A stretch of 64,000 nt of DNA, taken from Nitrospirota bacterium (GTDB taxonomy: Bacteria; Nitrospirota; UBA9217). The position numbers and the translations under genes are program-made. The notes beneath the pieces are model-generated. The model was not told the DNA's origin and did no database searches. It worked only from the letters and a program-made list of their open reading frames with translations. This document shows, one piece after another, positions 41,594 to 51,254 of the stretch. The number at the start of each line of letters is the position of its first letter. The first letter of the stretch is position 1. The stretch covers positions 128,001 to 192,000 of the forward strand of contig CAVVOB010000014.1 in the NCBI GenBank assembly GCA_963749655.1, given 5' to 3'.

Positions 41594-43209
41594 TAGAACA
41601 GCCCCATCTGCTTGTCCGGCCCCTTTTGCTTCTTTATTTTATCTGGGGCCATAATTTCAGAGAAAAGGCCTTCCGGGATCTCGCGCAGAAAGGGCGAGGG
41701 GGCAGGCGCAAGGCGCTGTCCGTAGAGGAAGCGGCTGCGGCCGTGAACAAGGAGCAGTTCGTCCCTGGCCCGGGTCATGCCCACATAGAACAGACGCCGC
41801 TCCTCTTCGACGTCAATGTCGTCCTGCATGATGGTGCAGGGAAGGAGGCCCTCTTCCACGCCGGCTATGAACACAACGGGAAACTCCAGCCCCTTGGCCA
41901 TATGGAGCGTCATGAGCGTGACCGCGTCGGCGCGGGGGTCGAAGATGTCCGCGGGCGAAAGAAGCCTGTCTTCAGGTGAGCCCGAAGGCGGCGGTTCAGG
42001 CATCTCCCCCTCGCCGGAGAGGAATGACCGGAGATAGGCCATCGTTTCCTCTAGCTCCTTTGCCTGGACGCTGCTCCTGCGGCCGATGACCTGATAAGGA
42101 ATGCCGGAGGCGCTGAAAGCGTCCTCCAGGACTTTTGCCTGTCCATTGGTCCTGAAGATGACGGCAAAATCGCCGAAGCGGCTGGCGGCAAGGCCGGTAT
42201 CGGGCCCCTTTCTGCTCTGTCTCATCTGATGATGGCTCGTTCCGCCCATGCGCGCCTCGATCTCGCTCACGACCGCCGCGGCCTCGGCCCGTTCGTCCTG
42301 CACGGAGAGGATCGTTATCGCTGCGCCGCGGCCTCGCACGGGAACAAGTTCCTTTTCGATGCGCCGACTGTTGTTCCTGATCACTCCGTCCGCAGCCCGG
42401 AGGATCGTGTCGACTGAGCGGTAGTTCTCCGTCAGCGTGATCCGCGCGGCGTTCGGAAAATCATGTTCGAAATTCAGAAAATTTCCGAGGTCCGCCCCCC
42501 GGAAGGCATAGATTGCCTGGTCGGAATCGCCGACAGCGCAGACATTGGACGATCGATGGGAAAGCTTCCGGAGGAGCCGGTACTGCGCGGGGTTGATGTC
42601 CTGGTACTCGTCGATGATGATATGGGAGAACCGGTCCCGGTAGGACTGCGCAAGGTCGTCGTTCTCAAGGACGGAAACGGGTATGGTGATGAGATCGTCG
42701 AAATCGAGGGCGTTCCGCTGCCGCAGCGCGGACTGATAGGAGTCGTAAAGGGGAGTCAGTTCTTCATCAAGCCGGTCCTGAAAATTCTTTATCCTCGAGA
42801 TCCGCTCGGCCGTGTTCTTCCCGTCCCTGGCCGAACCCTTCATCAGGGACCGCAGCAGCGCGATCTGTTCTTCGCGGGAATAGATGACCGGATCGTGCAG
42901 GTGATGCTGTCTGATGATCGAAAGGCCGAAGAGATGGAAGGTCCCGATGAAGACCGCGGCTGCATCCCTGTTGAGCAGGGCCGTGGTACGCTCCCGCATT
43001 TCCCGCGCCGCGCGGTTCGTAAAGGTCACGGCAAGGATGCTCTCGGGCCGCACGCCCCGGTGGATAAGCCAGGCGATCCTCCGGACGATGGTAAGCGTCT
43101 TGCCCGTGCCCGGGCCGGCGACGACCAGCAGGGGTCCGTCAGTGGTCGTGACGGCGAGCTTCTGTCGATCGTTCAGACCGTCGAGTATGGAAGAGGCGTC
43201 GTTGCTCAT
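41593..43209 (-). CDS. UvrD/PcrA-like helicase, short form
   Basis: AGPGTGKT, TFTNRAA, DEYQD, GDSDQAIYAFRG, ENYRS, TLHMAKGLEF, EERRLFYVGMTRA. Confidence 0.92.
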   Translation of the reverse strand: MSNDASSILDGLNDRQKLAVTTTDGPLLVVAGPGTGKTLTIVRRIAWLIHRGVRPESILAVTFTNRAAREMRERTTALLNRDAAAVFIGTFHLFGLSIIRQHHLHDPVIYSREEQIALLRSLMKGSARDGKNTAERISRIKNFQDRLDEELTPLYDSYQSALRQRNALDFDDLITIPVSVLENDDLAQSYRDRFSHIIIDEYQDINPAQYRLLRKLSHRSSNVCAVGDSDQAIYAFRGADLGNFLNFEHDFPNAARITLTENYRSVDTILRAADGVIRNNSRRIEKELVPVRGRGAAITILSVQDERAEAAAVVSEIEARMGGTSHHQMRQSRKGPDTGLAASRFGDFAVIFRTNGQAKVLEDAFSASGIPYQVIGRRSSVQAKELEETMAYLRSFLSGEGEMPEPPPSGSPEDRLLSPADIFDPRADAVTLMTLHMAKGLEFPVVFIAGVEEGLLPCTIMQDDIDVEEERRLFYVGMTRARDELLLVHGRSRFLYGQRLAPAPSPFLREIPEGLFSEIMAPDKIKKQKGPDKQMGLF

Positions 43210-43749
43210 CACTGCCTGCGGCCGTCGTCGATCACGAGTTTGTAAGTCGTGAAGCTCTCTCTGCTGTAAATCCCCGGCATGGCGTGGTCCCCGGGGGCAA
43301 AGTTAAAATTGACGTCCTTGACCCCGGGATGCTCAGTCAGTGTGTAGGTCACCTCTGCGAGGTAATCCTGGGCGCCCGATGAACCCATGGTCCGGGTCAG
43401 GTACCGGTCGTTCAGGATTTCTATGCTTGCCGTGTGCCCTTCGATCTTCTGCAGGATGACCCTCGGGAACTCCGCTTTCATCCCGTCCCCATGCGGGTGG
43501 AGGACTTCCTCATCCTCGACGGCTTTGTTCAGGGCGATGATCAGCTTGTTCACGTCTTTTTTGACGTCATCCACGTGTCTGCCGCGGACCAGCAGATCCG
43601 CGCCGTCCTCAGGGCCGCTCTCTGTATGCCAGACGTAGTTGCTGTTGTAGACGATCGTTTCATTGGTCTTGAAAAAGGTGTACGACCGCGAAGAACGCGA
43701 CGATAAAAGCCGCGCCGAGCATCAATGCAACGATGATTTTCTTGGCCAT
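43209..43749 (-). CDS. Hypothetical membrane-anchored protein (frameshift ~43680)
   Basis: MAKKIIVAL TM start; C-terminal MGSSGA..YLAEVTYTLTE.PG...VNF.F..GDHA.PG.Y.R. Confidence 0.6.
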
Positions 43750-43834
43750 GAAAACCTCGGAAATCAGTTTAAGTTTTGAGTTTTTGTTTTTAGTTTTCTG
43801 CCGCGAACAGAACAAAGCAACAGCGAAGCTGTTT

Positions 43835-45107
43835 CTACAGCAGCTTCATCTGCCCCTTGATCTCCTTGCGCTCCACGTCCTCGAAGATTCTGACCTTGCC
43901 GAACTCGCCGTCGTAGCCCGGCGCGATATGGACGCTGCCGCTCCGCATGCGCGCGATCGCCTCGCGGAGCAGACGGGGTCCCGGCCCGTTCGATGTCGTC
44001 GAGGGGAGCATCCATGAGGATGCCGAATTCATTCCCGAGTTTTTCCAGGAGTGCATGGTACTGGGCCTGCACCTTCTTGGTATTCACTCCGCATTTCAGC
44101 CCCTCGGCAATGATCTCCGGAAGGGGAATGATGGAGGTGAACGGCGGCGCCCCCTCGGGTCTGAACCCCAACTCCCGGTCAGCGAGCTTCTCCACGCGAT
44201 GCATCACGCCCACGGTCACTTTCCGGGAGCAGACCGGGCACAGGTAGTCGTAGTGGATGGTCTCCCCGGGCGCCAGGCTCACGCCGCAGTCCCGGTGTCC
44301 GTCGTAGTGGTACTTCCCTTCCTCGGGGAAGAACTCGATGGTCCCGGCAAATCCCTTCTTCGTTTTGATGGCCGCAACAAGGGACGGATAGGCGATGTCC
44401 GTGTTCAGGATGTTCGCTTCGCGGCCGATCTTGGCTGCCGAGTGCGCGTCGGAGTTCGAAACGAGCGTGAGGCGGTCCAGGGCCGAAAGGCGCCAGTTCA
44501 TAGGCGGATCGGACGACAGGCCGGTCTCGATAGCATGGATGTGCGGGGTCAGGTCCTCGAAGCATTCCTCGAGGTGGTCGAATCCCGAGGCCGCGCCGAA
44601 GACCGAGAAATGCGGCGTCCAGGCGTGGGCCGGGATGAAGAGGGCGTCAGGGGCCGAATCGAGCGTGATCCTGAGCAGCTCCTTTGCGTCCAGTCCGAGG
44701 ATCGGTCTGCCGTCGGAGTGGAGGTTGCCGATCCTGGCGAGCGCGAGATTCAGGCGCGCGGCGCTCGCGAAGTCCGGGACGAGGATGACGGAATGGATCT
44801 TGCGGGTCCTGCCGTTCTTGCTGTAGATGCAGCTGATCTCGGCCGAGAGGATGAATGATACTTCGGACCGGCAGGCTGCAGGCACGCCGTCGGCGTGAAA
44901 ATTATTTTTGAGCGCGAACAGACCGTTGCCGAGCGGCTCGAGCTTGCTGTCCAGCTCCTTGAGCCATTCGGGATGGGTAAAATCTCCGGTGCCGATGACC
45001 CGTACGCCTTTGAGCTGCGCCCATTTCCAGATGCCTTCGGGGCACATGTCGCTGCTCGTCGCGCGCGAATAGTGGGAGTGGACATGGAGGTCGGCGATGA
45101 ATTTCAT
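43835..45107 (-). CDS. Endonuclease Q / PHP-domain protein (frameshift ~43978)
   Basis: DLHVHS.YSRATS, GTGDFTHP, PAHAWTP, ETGLSSD, SNSDAHS, GKYH.DGHR.C, CPVC; ends PGYDGEFGK. Confidence 0.92.
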
Positions 45108-45176
45108 GGCCGATTATACCATGAAGATTATTTTTTTAACATGGATTTGAGCGGGCAACTGATGACGGATTCACGG

Positions 45177-45300
45177 AACAGACATTGAATAATATTTTTA
45201 CCGCAGAATTCGCAGATGGACGCAGAAAAAACAAATTCGTTCGCAAACGGTTGTCCCCTTCTGCATATTCTGCATCTTCTGCGGTCAGAAGGTTCTAAAG
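45177..45300. repeat. Dispersed ~124-bp palindromic element, copy 2
   Basis: Similar to 26958-27081 along its length. Confidence 0.8.
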
Positions 45301-45424
45301 TTTGTGACATTTTACCGCGAAGACGCAAGGGACGCGAGGAAATCCGTGTCAGACTGAAGAATCTATTGATTTCCTAGCGACCTTCGCGCCCCTCGCGGTT
45401 CGATCTTTTTGATTGCTCCGTGAC

Positions 45425-45455
45425 AAAAAAAACGGCTCCCCTTTCAGGGAGCCGT
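45425..45455 (-). terminator. Intrinsic terminator after the YeeE gene
   Basis: ACGGCTCCC/GGGAGCCGT stem followed by a T-tract on the minus strand. Confidence 0.85.
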
Positions 45456-45484
45456 CCGTGATTCGTCTGATGCGCTGCTGCTGA

Positions 45485-46597
45485 TTAGTCCTGCATGGGC
45501 TTGATGAGCTTGAAGTACACCATCGTCCAGTTGCCGAGGATGATGGAGACGATGGCCACGAGGCTCGAGATCGCCATGGTGGACATGCCGGTTACGCCGT
45601 GGCCGAGGTTGCAGCCGCCGGCGATGACCGCACCGATGCCCATCAGGATGCTGCCGAAGAACACCGTCAGGAACTCGGCTGCCGGCGGAATCTTCCACTT
45701 GAATTCCTTGAGGGCCAGCGCGCTCAGCCATGCGCCGAAGGGAACGGACAGGATGAAGAACATGCCCCACGATCCGCGGAAGATGCCGAGGAAGCTGAAC
45801 TCGGGGTAGCTCGAATGCGTGCTCTTGGTGAGGAGAACGCTGAAGAGCTCCCGGATCGGGCCGCTCACGGCCATGCCGCGGGGATAGCCGCCGAAGTAGG
45901 AGGAAACCCACCAGGCAACGATGGTCAGAACGCCGATCAGAACGCCCGTCGTCCCCCAGGCAAAGCCCTTTGATCTTGCTTTAAACTCCGGCTTGCCCGC
46001 GATCACGAAAGCCAGGACCGCGATGCAGAAGACCGCGATCGTGATCCATTTCGCCGTCATGCCGCCGCCGAAGAGGTCCCAGAGCGCCGGGCCGCCCGAC
46101 CCGTTGATCTCGACCTTGAAGCTCTTGAGGTAATTGTTCACCGGGCTCAGCAGTCCGTCGGCCGTCATCACCGCGCCGAAGAAGAAGCCGAGGATCGCGA
46201 TGAGGGCCGACAGCTGGCCTTCACCGATGCGGTAGACGATGCCGCTTGCGCACCCGCCTGCCAGAACGATGCCGAGGCCGAAAAGGAATCCGCCGAGGAC
46301 GTTCGCGACCGGCACAAAGCTCTGGCGCATGAGGTTCGTCGCCTCCAGGGCGCCGGTATCGGTGTTGATCACCTGGAGAAGCCCGAAGTCCTCCATCAGG
46401 TTGGACCCGAGGATCGCAACAACGAGGGCCAGCAGATAGGCCCGGAAAAGCGTGTAGTCCTTCATGAAGATGATATCGCGGAACGCGGAATTCAGGCAGA
46501 AGCGCCCTTTCTGCAGAATGTAGCCGAGTGCGAGACCCATCAGGATCGCGGTCCCAAAAGATACAATGCTGCTATGCAACATAATCTTCCCCTCCAC
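45485..46597 (-). CDS. YeeE/YedE (TsuA-like) sulfur-compound transporter
   Basis: RFC...FRD, LAGGCASG, IAGGCNLGHG: the three conserved Cys motifs; multi-TM. Confidence 0.9.
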   Translation of the reverse strand: MEGKIMLHSSIVSFGTAILMGLALGYILQKGRFCLNSAFRDIIFMKDYTLFRAYLLALVVAILGSNLMEDFGLLQVINTDTGALEATNLMRQSFVPVANVLGGFLFGLGIVLAGGCASGIVYRIGEGQLSALIAILGFFFGAVMTADGLLSPVNNYLKSFKVEINGSGGPALWDLFGGGMTAKWITIAVFCIAVLAFVIAGKPEFKARSKGFAWGTTGVLIGVLTIVAWWVSSYFGGYPRGMAVSGPIRELFSVLLTKSTHSSYPEFSFLGIFRGSWGMFFILSVPFGAWLSALALKEFKWKIPPAAEFLTVFFGSILMGIGAVIAGGCNLGHGVTGMSTMAISSLVAIVSIILGNWTMVYFKLIKPMQD

Positions 46598-46928
46598 CCA
46601 TTAATTAGTATAGTTATATAGATTTCTTTTCCCCCTGCCCTTGCAACAGGCAGGGTGTTCCGCACCGCCCCCTCCTATGGAGAGCTGATGCACACGGGCC
46701 CCGGTGAACTGCTCTTCCGGGACCGTGTTTCTATTGACGGACGGCGCCGAAAAATCAAGGCCGACAGACGGTCATCGCGTCAACAACCCCTTGTGAAGAC
46801 TTTTTCTCTTCCCCCCTCCTTTTCCGGAATTTGGTCCCTATCAATCATGAAGCCCCTCCCCAGGGGCTCTAAATCCTTAACAGGTTGCTTATCTTTATAA
46901 ATTGCTAAACTATATTACACTAAACACG

Positions 46929-46978
46929 AAAAAAAGTGAAGGGTCTCGTCGCACTGATTTCTGACGAGATCCTTCACT
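46929..46978 (-). terminator. Terminator-like hairpin after the USP operon
   Basis: AGTGAAGG.TCTCGTC/GACGAGA.CCTTCACT stem followed by a T-tract on the minus strand. Confidence 0.7.
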
Positions 46979-47031
46979 CTGGGTGGACTGAAAAAACAGG
47001 GTTTTTTTACGCTGCCCATGCGCAAGCAGGT

Positions 47032-47556
47032 CTAGCTGCTTCCCTTAAGGTTGACCGCTGCAGCGGCGGACCAGGCATACTTCTCCGCTTCCGTCGGGTT
47101 CTTCGCAACGAGCACCGGCACCGGCGCGTTCTTTTCCATGTCGCTGCTCACGGAGCCGGAGATGAGGCGCTGCATGAGGGTCTTGCCGTTGTAGCCGGTG
47201 ATGATGAGGTCCGCGCTCTCCTCCTGGGCGACCTTCGCGATCTCCTCGGAAGGCACGCCGTCACGGACGACGGTCTTCACATTGACCAGCCCGCCGTTGT
47301 CCAGCTCTTTTTTGTAGAAATTAAGGATCTTCTGAGAACGCTGATCGAGCGCTTCCTTGTACTCGGTGCCTTTCAGGGACTCACGCAGCGTGTTCCGCTC
47401 AGCATCGCCGAGCATATCGATCATCATGGACTTGCCTTCGAGCTGCTGCACATGGACGAGAACCACCGTCTCCGGCGGGCGGACCATGTTGCGAAATACC
47501 GACAATACCGCCTTGGAACCCTCTGTTTCATCTACCGCGATCAAAACCTTCTTCAT
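47032..47556 (-). CDS. Universal stress protein
   Basis: KKVLIAVD...G.PSEEI..A....ADLII.G..G.....ISGSVS...PVPVLV. Confidence 0.9.
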   Translation of the reverse strand: MKKVLIAVDETEGSKAVLSVFRNMVRPPETVVLVHVQQLEGKSMMIDMLGDAERNTLRESLKGTEYKEALDQRSQKILNFYKKELDNGGLVNVKTVVRDGVPSEEIAKVAQEESADLIITGYNGKTLMQRLISGSVSSDMEKNAPVPVLVAKNPTEAEKYAWSAAAAVNLKGSS

Positions 47557-47604
47557 TGTGAACCTCCCTTTTTTGTTTTCTTTTATTTTCTTCGAATGTT
47601 AAAA

Positions 47605-48189
47605 TTAATGAACCAGCATGCCCCTCTGGAGAATGAATCCGAGAAGGAACAGCGCTACCATGATTGCCGTGGTTACCGACACTGCTGCATAGGCATCCTT
47701 CTTGGTGTACGGCTCTTCGCACATAAGCGGCCTCTTTGCAACGAGGACCGGGACTTTTGCCCTGGCCTCTACGTCCCGGGCGACCTTGCCGGTGATGAAC
47801 CGGTCGAAACCGCGCCTTCCGCTCTGGCCGAGAATGACCATCTCAGCGCCTTCCTCCTCCGCAACCTTGAGGATTTCCTCGGCAGGGATGCCGTCCCGGG
47901 TCAGGGTCTTGAGTGTGGACTTCCCGTCGAGAGTCAGTTCCTTGGAATAGAACCCGAGGATCTTCTGCGACCGGCTGTCCAGGGCTTCCTTATGATCGGT
48001 TCCGGACAGCATGTCCTTCAGGGTCGAGAGCTCCGCATCGCCGAGCATGTCGATCATCATAGACCTGCCCTCAAGCCTCTCGACGTGGAGCAGAACGATT
48101 TCCGCCGGCTGATGAACGAAGTTATGAAATACCGACAGCACGTTCTTGGAACCCTTTGTGTCGTCAACCGCAATCAGGATCTTTTTCAT
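47605..48189 (-). CDS. Universal stress protein with C-terminal TM helix
   Basis: USP motifs plus hydrophobic tail (AIMVALFLLGFIL); GGAGG RBS. Confidence 0.88.
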   Translation of the reverse strand: MKKILIAVDDTKGSKNVLSVFHNFVHQPAEIVLLHVERLEGRSMMIDMLGDAELSTLKDMLSGTDHKEALDSRSQKILGFYSKELTLDGKSTLKTLTRDGIPAEEILKVAEEEGAEMVILGQSGRRGFDRFITGKVARDVEARAKVPVLVAKRPLMCEEPYTKKDAYAAVSVTTAIMVALFLLGFILQRGMLVH

Positions 48190-48251
48190 GATTCCTCCGA
48201 AACAGGTGAGATAGTAATTTATGTGTTCATGTGTTATACTTCCTCTACTAA

Positions 48252-48268
48252 AGCAATCGCTATGCCAA
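48252..48268 (-). promoter_or_regulatory. Sigma-54 promoter for the USP pair
   Basis: TTGGCATAGCGATTGCT: canonical GG-N10-GC; AT-rich upstream region with GTT.A/T.AAC repeats. Confidence 0.8.
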
Positions 48269-48432
48269 ATCACAGGCAGCTTATTTTCCTTTATTTTCAT
48301 CATATTACTACTCATTATAATTTCGTGTTGACAATTATATGTTAAAATGATAATTAACGTTAAGGGTGTTCACTTAACAATTAACACCATGCTAACTAAC
48401 ACGTTTCACAATTCAACGCAAAAGGAAACGCC

Positions 48433-49776
48433 ATGATCGATGAATTTTGCAAGGATCCGAACTTTCTGATCAACGTGTTCGAAACCATGCGTGATGGCCT
48501 GATGATCGTGGACAAGGACGGCAATATCCTTTTCTTCAACCGGGCGGCCGAGGAGATCACCGGGTACAGCAAGCAAGACGTGGTCGGGAAACAGTGCACC
48601 ATTCTCGACAGCGACACCTGCGTTGTTTTGACCGAGGAGGGAAAACAGAAGAACTGCGCCATCTTCAAAACGGGCTCGATCGAGAACAAAAAATGCCGGA
48701 TACGCGCAAGCGACGGCCGGGCCGTCTACCTCCTGAAGAACGCAACGATCCTGAAGGACGAAAAAGGAGAGATGATCGGCGTGGTGGAGTCCCTGACGGA
48801 CATCACCTCGCTCTATATGAAGGAAATGGAGCTCGAGGAGCTCAAGCAGGAGCTGCGGCAGGAATACTGGTTCATGGGACTCCTGGGAAAGAGCGGCCCG
48901 ATGCAGAAGCTCTTCGAGCAGATCCGAAACGCTGCCGTGAGCGAAGCGCCGGTCCTGATCTGCGGCGAGAGCGGCACGGGGAAAAACCTTGTTGCCCAGG
49001 CAATCCATTCGCTCAGCAGACGCAAGGAGGGCCCCTTTGTCGCGCTGAACTGCGGGTCGCTGAACGACTACCTGCTCGAAAGCGAGCTCTTCGGCCACAA
49101 GAAAGGGTCCTTTACCGGCGCGGTGAGCGACCGGATGGGCAGATTCGAGGCTGCCAACAACGGGAGCATCTTCCTCGATGAAATCGGCGACATGCCGAAG
49201 GTCATGCAGGTGAAGCTGCTGCGGGTGCTGGAGGAAAAGGTCTTGGAACGCGTCGGCGACCACCGGCCGGTGAGCGTCAATGTCAGGCTGATCTCGGCAA
49301 CAAACAAGGACCTGAACGCCCTGGTCAATTCGGACTTTTTCCGGGAAGACCTGCTCTACCGCATCAATTCCATCCTGATCAAGGTCCCCCCCCTCAGGGC
49401 GCGGACCGAGGACATTCCGGTAATCACTTCGCACTACCTGAAAAAGATCTCCCACATCAACAGCAAGGACATCAGGCGAATAAGCCCCGATGCCCTCGAT
49501 GTCATCGTCAACTACAGCTGGCCCGGCAATGTGCGGCAGCTCATCAATGCCCTGGAGCACAGCGCGATCACCTGCCGCGGAGACGCGATCGAACTGACCG
49601 ACCTGCCCGATTATGTGTTCGATAAAAAGGCCGAGGAAAAGGAACAGGACATGGACCGGCAGAAATTGGAGACAGCGCTTTCCATGAACAAGGGCAACCG
49701 CACCCTGACGGCAAAACAACTGGGCATCAGCAGGGTCACGCTCTGGAAACGACTGAAGGAACACGGAATCGAGTAA
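48433..49776 (+). CDS. PAS-domain sigma-54-dependent transcriptional activator
   Basis: PAS (N..AE.ITGY..Cys-rich), GESGTGK, GSFTGA, FLDEIGD, WPGNVRQL, Fis HTH. Confidence 0.93.
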   Translation: MIDEFCKDPNFLINVFETMRDGLMIVDKDGNILFFNRAAEEITGYSKQDVVGKQCTILDSDTCVVLTEEGKQKNCAIFKTGSIENKKCRIRASDGRAVYLLKNATILKDEKGEMIGVVESLTDITSLYMKEMELEELKQELRQEYWFMGLLGKSGPMQKLFEQIRNAAVSEAPVLICGESGTGKNLVAQAIHSLSRRKEGPFVALNCGSLNDYLLESELFGHKKGSFTGAVSDRMGRFEAANNGSIFLDEIGDMPKVMQVKLLRVLEEKVLERVGDHRPVSVNVRLISATNKDLNALVNSDFFREDLLYRINSILIKVPPLRARTEDIPVITSHYLKKISHINSKDIRRISPDALDVIVNYSWPGNVRQLINALEHSAITCRGDAIELTDLPDYVFDKKAEEKEQDMDRQKLETALSMNKGNRTLTAKQLGISRVTLWKRLKEHGIE

Positions 49777-50007
49777 TCCCGCATCCGGCTGTCGTCCGCC
49801 TGCCTGAACGATCTTTTCGCAGCCACCGACTTTCCGCAATAATCTACCGCCGCTGTGCACGCTTCAGGGTTGCCGCGACCCTTCACAATTTTTCAGGGGG
49901 AAAACGTTCAGTCCCCCGGTTCCGACACCTCATTGAAAACGCAATAACACTATCCGTTCCGAAAGGAGGTCCGCAAACCGGAATCGTTCACAAACAGGAT
50001 CCGTTAT

Positions 50008-51096
50008 TTATCTGGGTCGAAGCGCGAAATATTCCTTCAGCAAGGCGGGAGCAAGACGGGGATTAAACAGGATATTGGTCATGAAATAGCATTCATGGGT
50101 ACAGTAGCATTCGTTGTTCATGATCGAAGCATTGACGCGGCGGGCGTTTCCCGAACGAAGGACCTTTCTTATATCATATTCGAACTCCCGGACATTGCCG
50201 AATGAGCTCGTGAGGATTTCGCAGGGATAGACGTCCCCCGATTCCGAGAGCACAAGATTCAGCCTTCCTGCGTAGCAGGGGATGAGCCTTTTCTTGTCCG
50301 TCATGATCCGGTGGATCAGGCGCCTCTGAAGGATATCCTGGGCAGCCTTGAGCCTGCCCCCGCGGAAACGGTATACCGGCGACTTCCCCGACTGCAGGTT
50401 CTTTTCCAGTTTCAGCACCGCATCATGATACTTGCCCATGTCCACACTGCCGAACTGCTTGTCCTGGAGATTGCCGCGCACCAGGGAGATAGTATGCGTT
50501 CTCACGGCGGAGAGTCCTGCCACAAAATCGATGATCTCATCCATGGTGCTCTGGTTCTCCGAGCAGAACACCGTGTTGATCCCGAGCTCGAGATTTCCGT
50601 ATTGTTCGATCAGCGGCAGGACCTTCCGGTAGGTCTCCATGGTCCGCTCGAAGCTGCCCGGCGTATTGCGGACCCCGTCGTGGGCCGCTCCCACGCCGTC
50701 CAGGGACAGCTTGAGCGCTATTATGCTTTTTGGGCAGGCGCGCAGGACCGCCTCCATCCGGTCGCGGATCACCTCGGAGAGAAGACCGTTTGTGGGGAAC
50801 AGCATGATGGCCGGACTGGTATTCCGATAGAAAGTCGTCGCGATCTCGGCAAGATCATTGCGAAGAAAAATTTCCCCGCCCGAAAAGGCCAGCCAGAGAA
50901 GATTGCCGAGGGAACGCGAAACTTGCTCGACCTCCGGCAGCGACAGTTCCGGACCGGCCTCGGACAGGGCGTCATCGGACCTGAGATAGAAGCAGAAGGG
51001 ACACCGGGAATTGCACCGTCTGGTCACGAAGTAGGTGAGATGGATGGGCCTCCCCTTCCGGAAAACATGACCTATATGTCTGAATGGTGAGTACAT
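50008..51096 (-). CDS. Radical SAM protein with SPASM/twitch domain
   Basis: CNSRCPFC (Cx3Cx2C), GGE, CYAG...GDVYPC, CYCTHEC. Confidence 0.9.
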   Translation of the reverse strand: MYSPFRHIGHVFRKGRPIHLTYFVTRRCNSRCPFCFYLRSDDALSEAGPELSLPEVEQVSRSLGNLLWLAFSGGEIFLRNDLAEIATTFYRNTSPAIMLFPTNGLLSEVIRDRMEAVLRACPKSIIALKLSLDGVGAAHDGVRNTPGSFERTMETYRKVLPLIEQYGNLELGINTVFCSENQSTMDEIIDFVAGLSAVRTHTISLVRGNLQDKQFGSVDMGKYHDAVLKLEKNLQSGKSPVYRFRGGRLKAAQDILQRRLIHRIMTDKKRLIPCYAGRLNLVLSESGDVYPCEILTSSFGNVREFEYDIRKVLRSGNARRVNASIMNNECYCTHECYFMTNILFNPRLAPALLKEYFALRPR

Positions 51097-51254
51097 AATA
51101 ATAAGCCGGATTAGGATGTTCTCTTCCCGGCGGATAAGAGAATTTACCGCAGAGCTTACTGAGTGCACAGAGAAAGGCAAGATAAAGTTCTTATAATCGC
51201 CTTAATTCTGCTTTTTTGCTACCCTCTGCGATTTCTGCCTCCTCTGCGTTAAAA

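Noticed and set aside
45485-46597. Selenocysteine form of YeeE
   Set aside because: All conserved positions are Cys codons and the ORF is uninterrupted.
46620-46870. Riboswitch upstream of the YeeE transporter
   Set aside because: Several small hairpins, but no recognisable SAM, Moco or other aptamer consensus.
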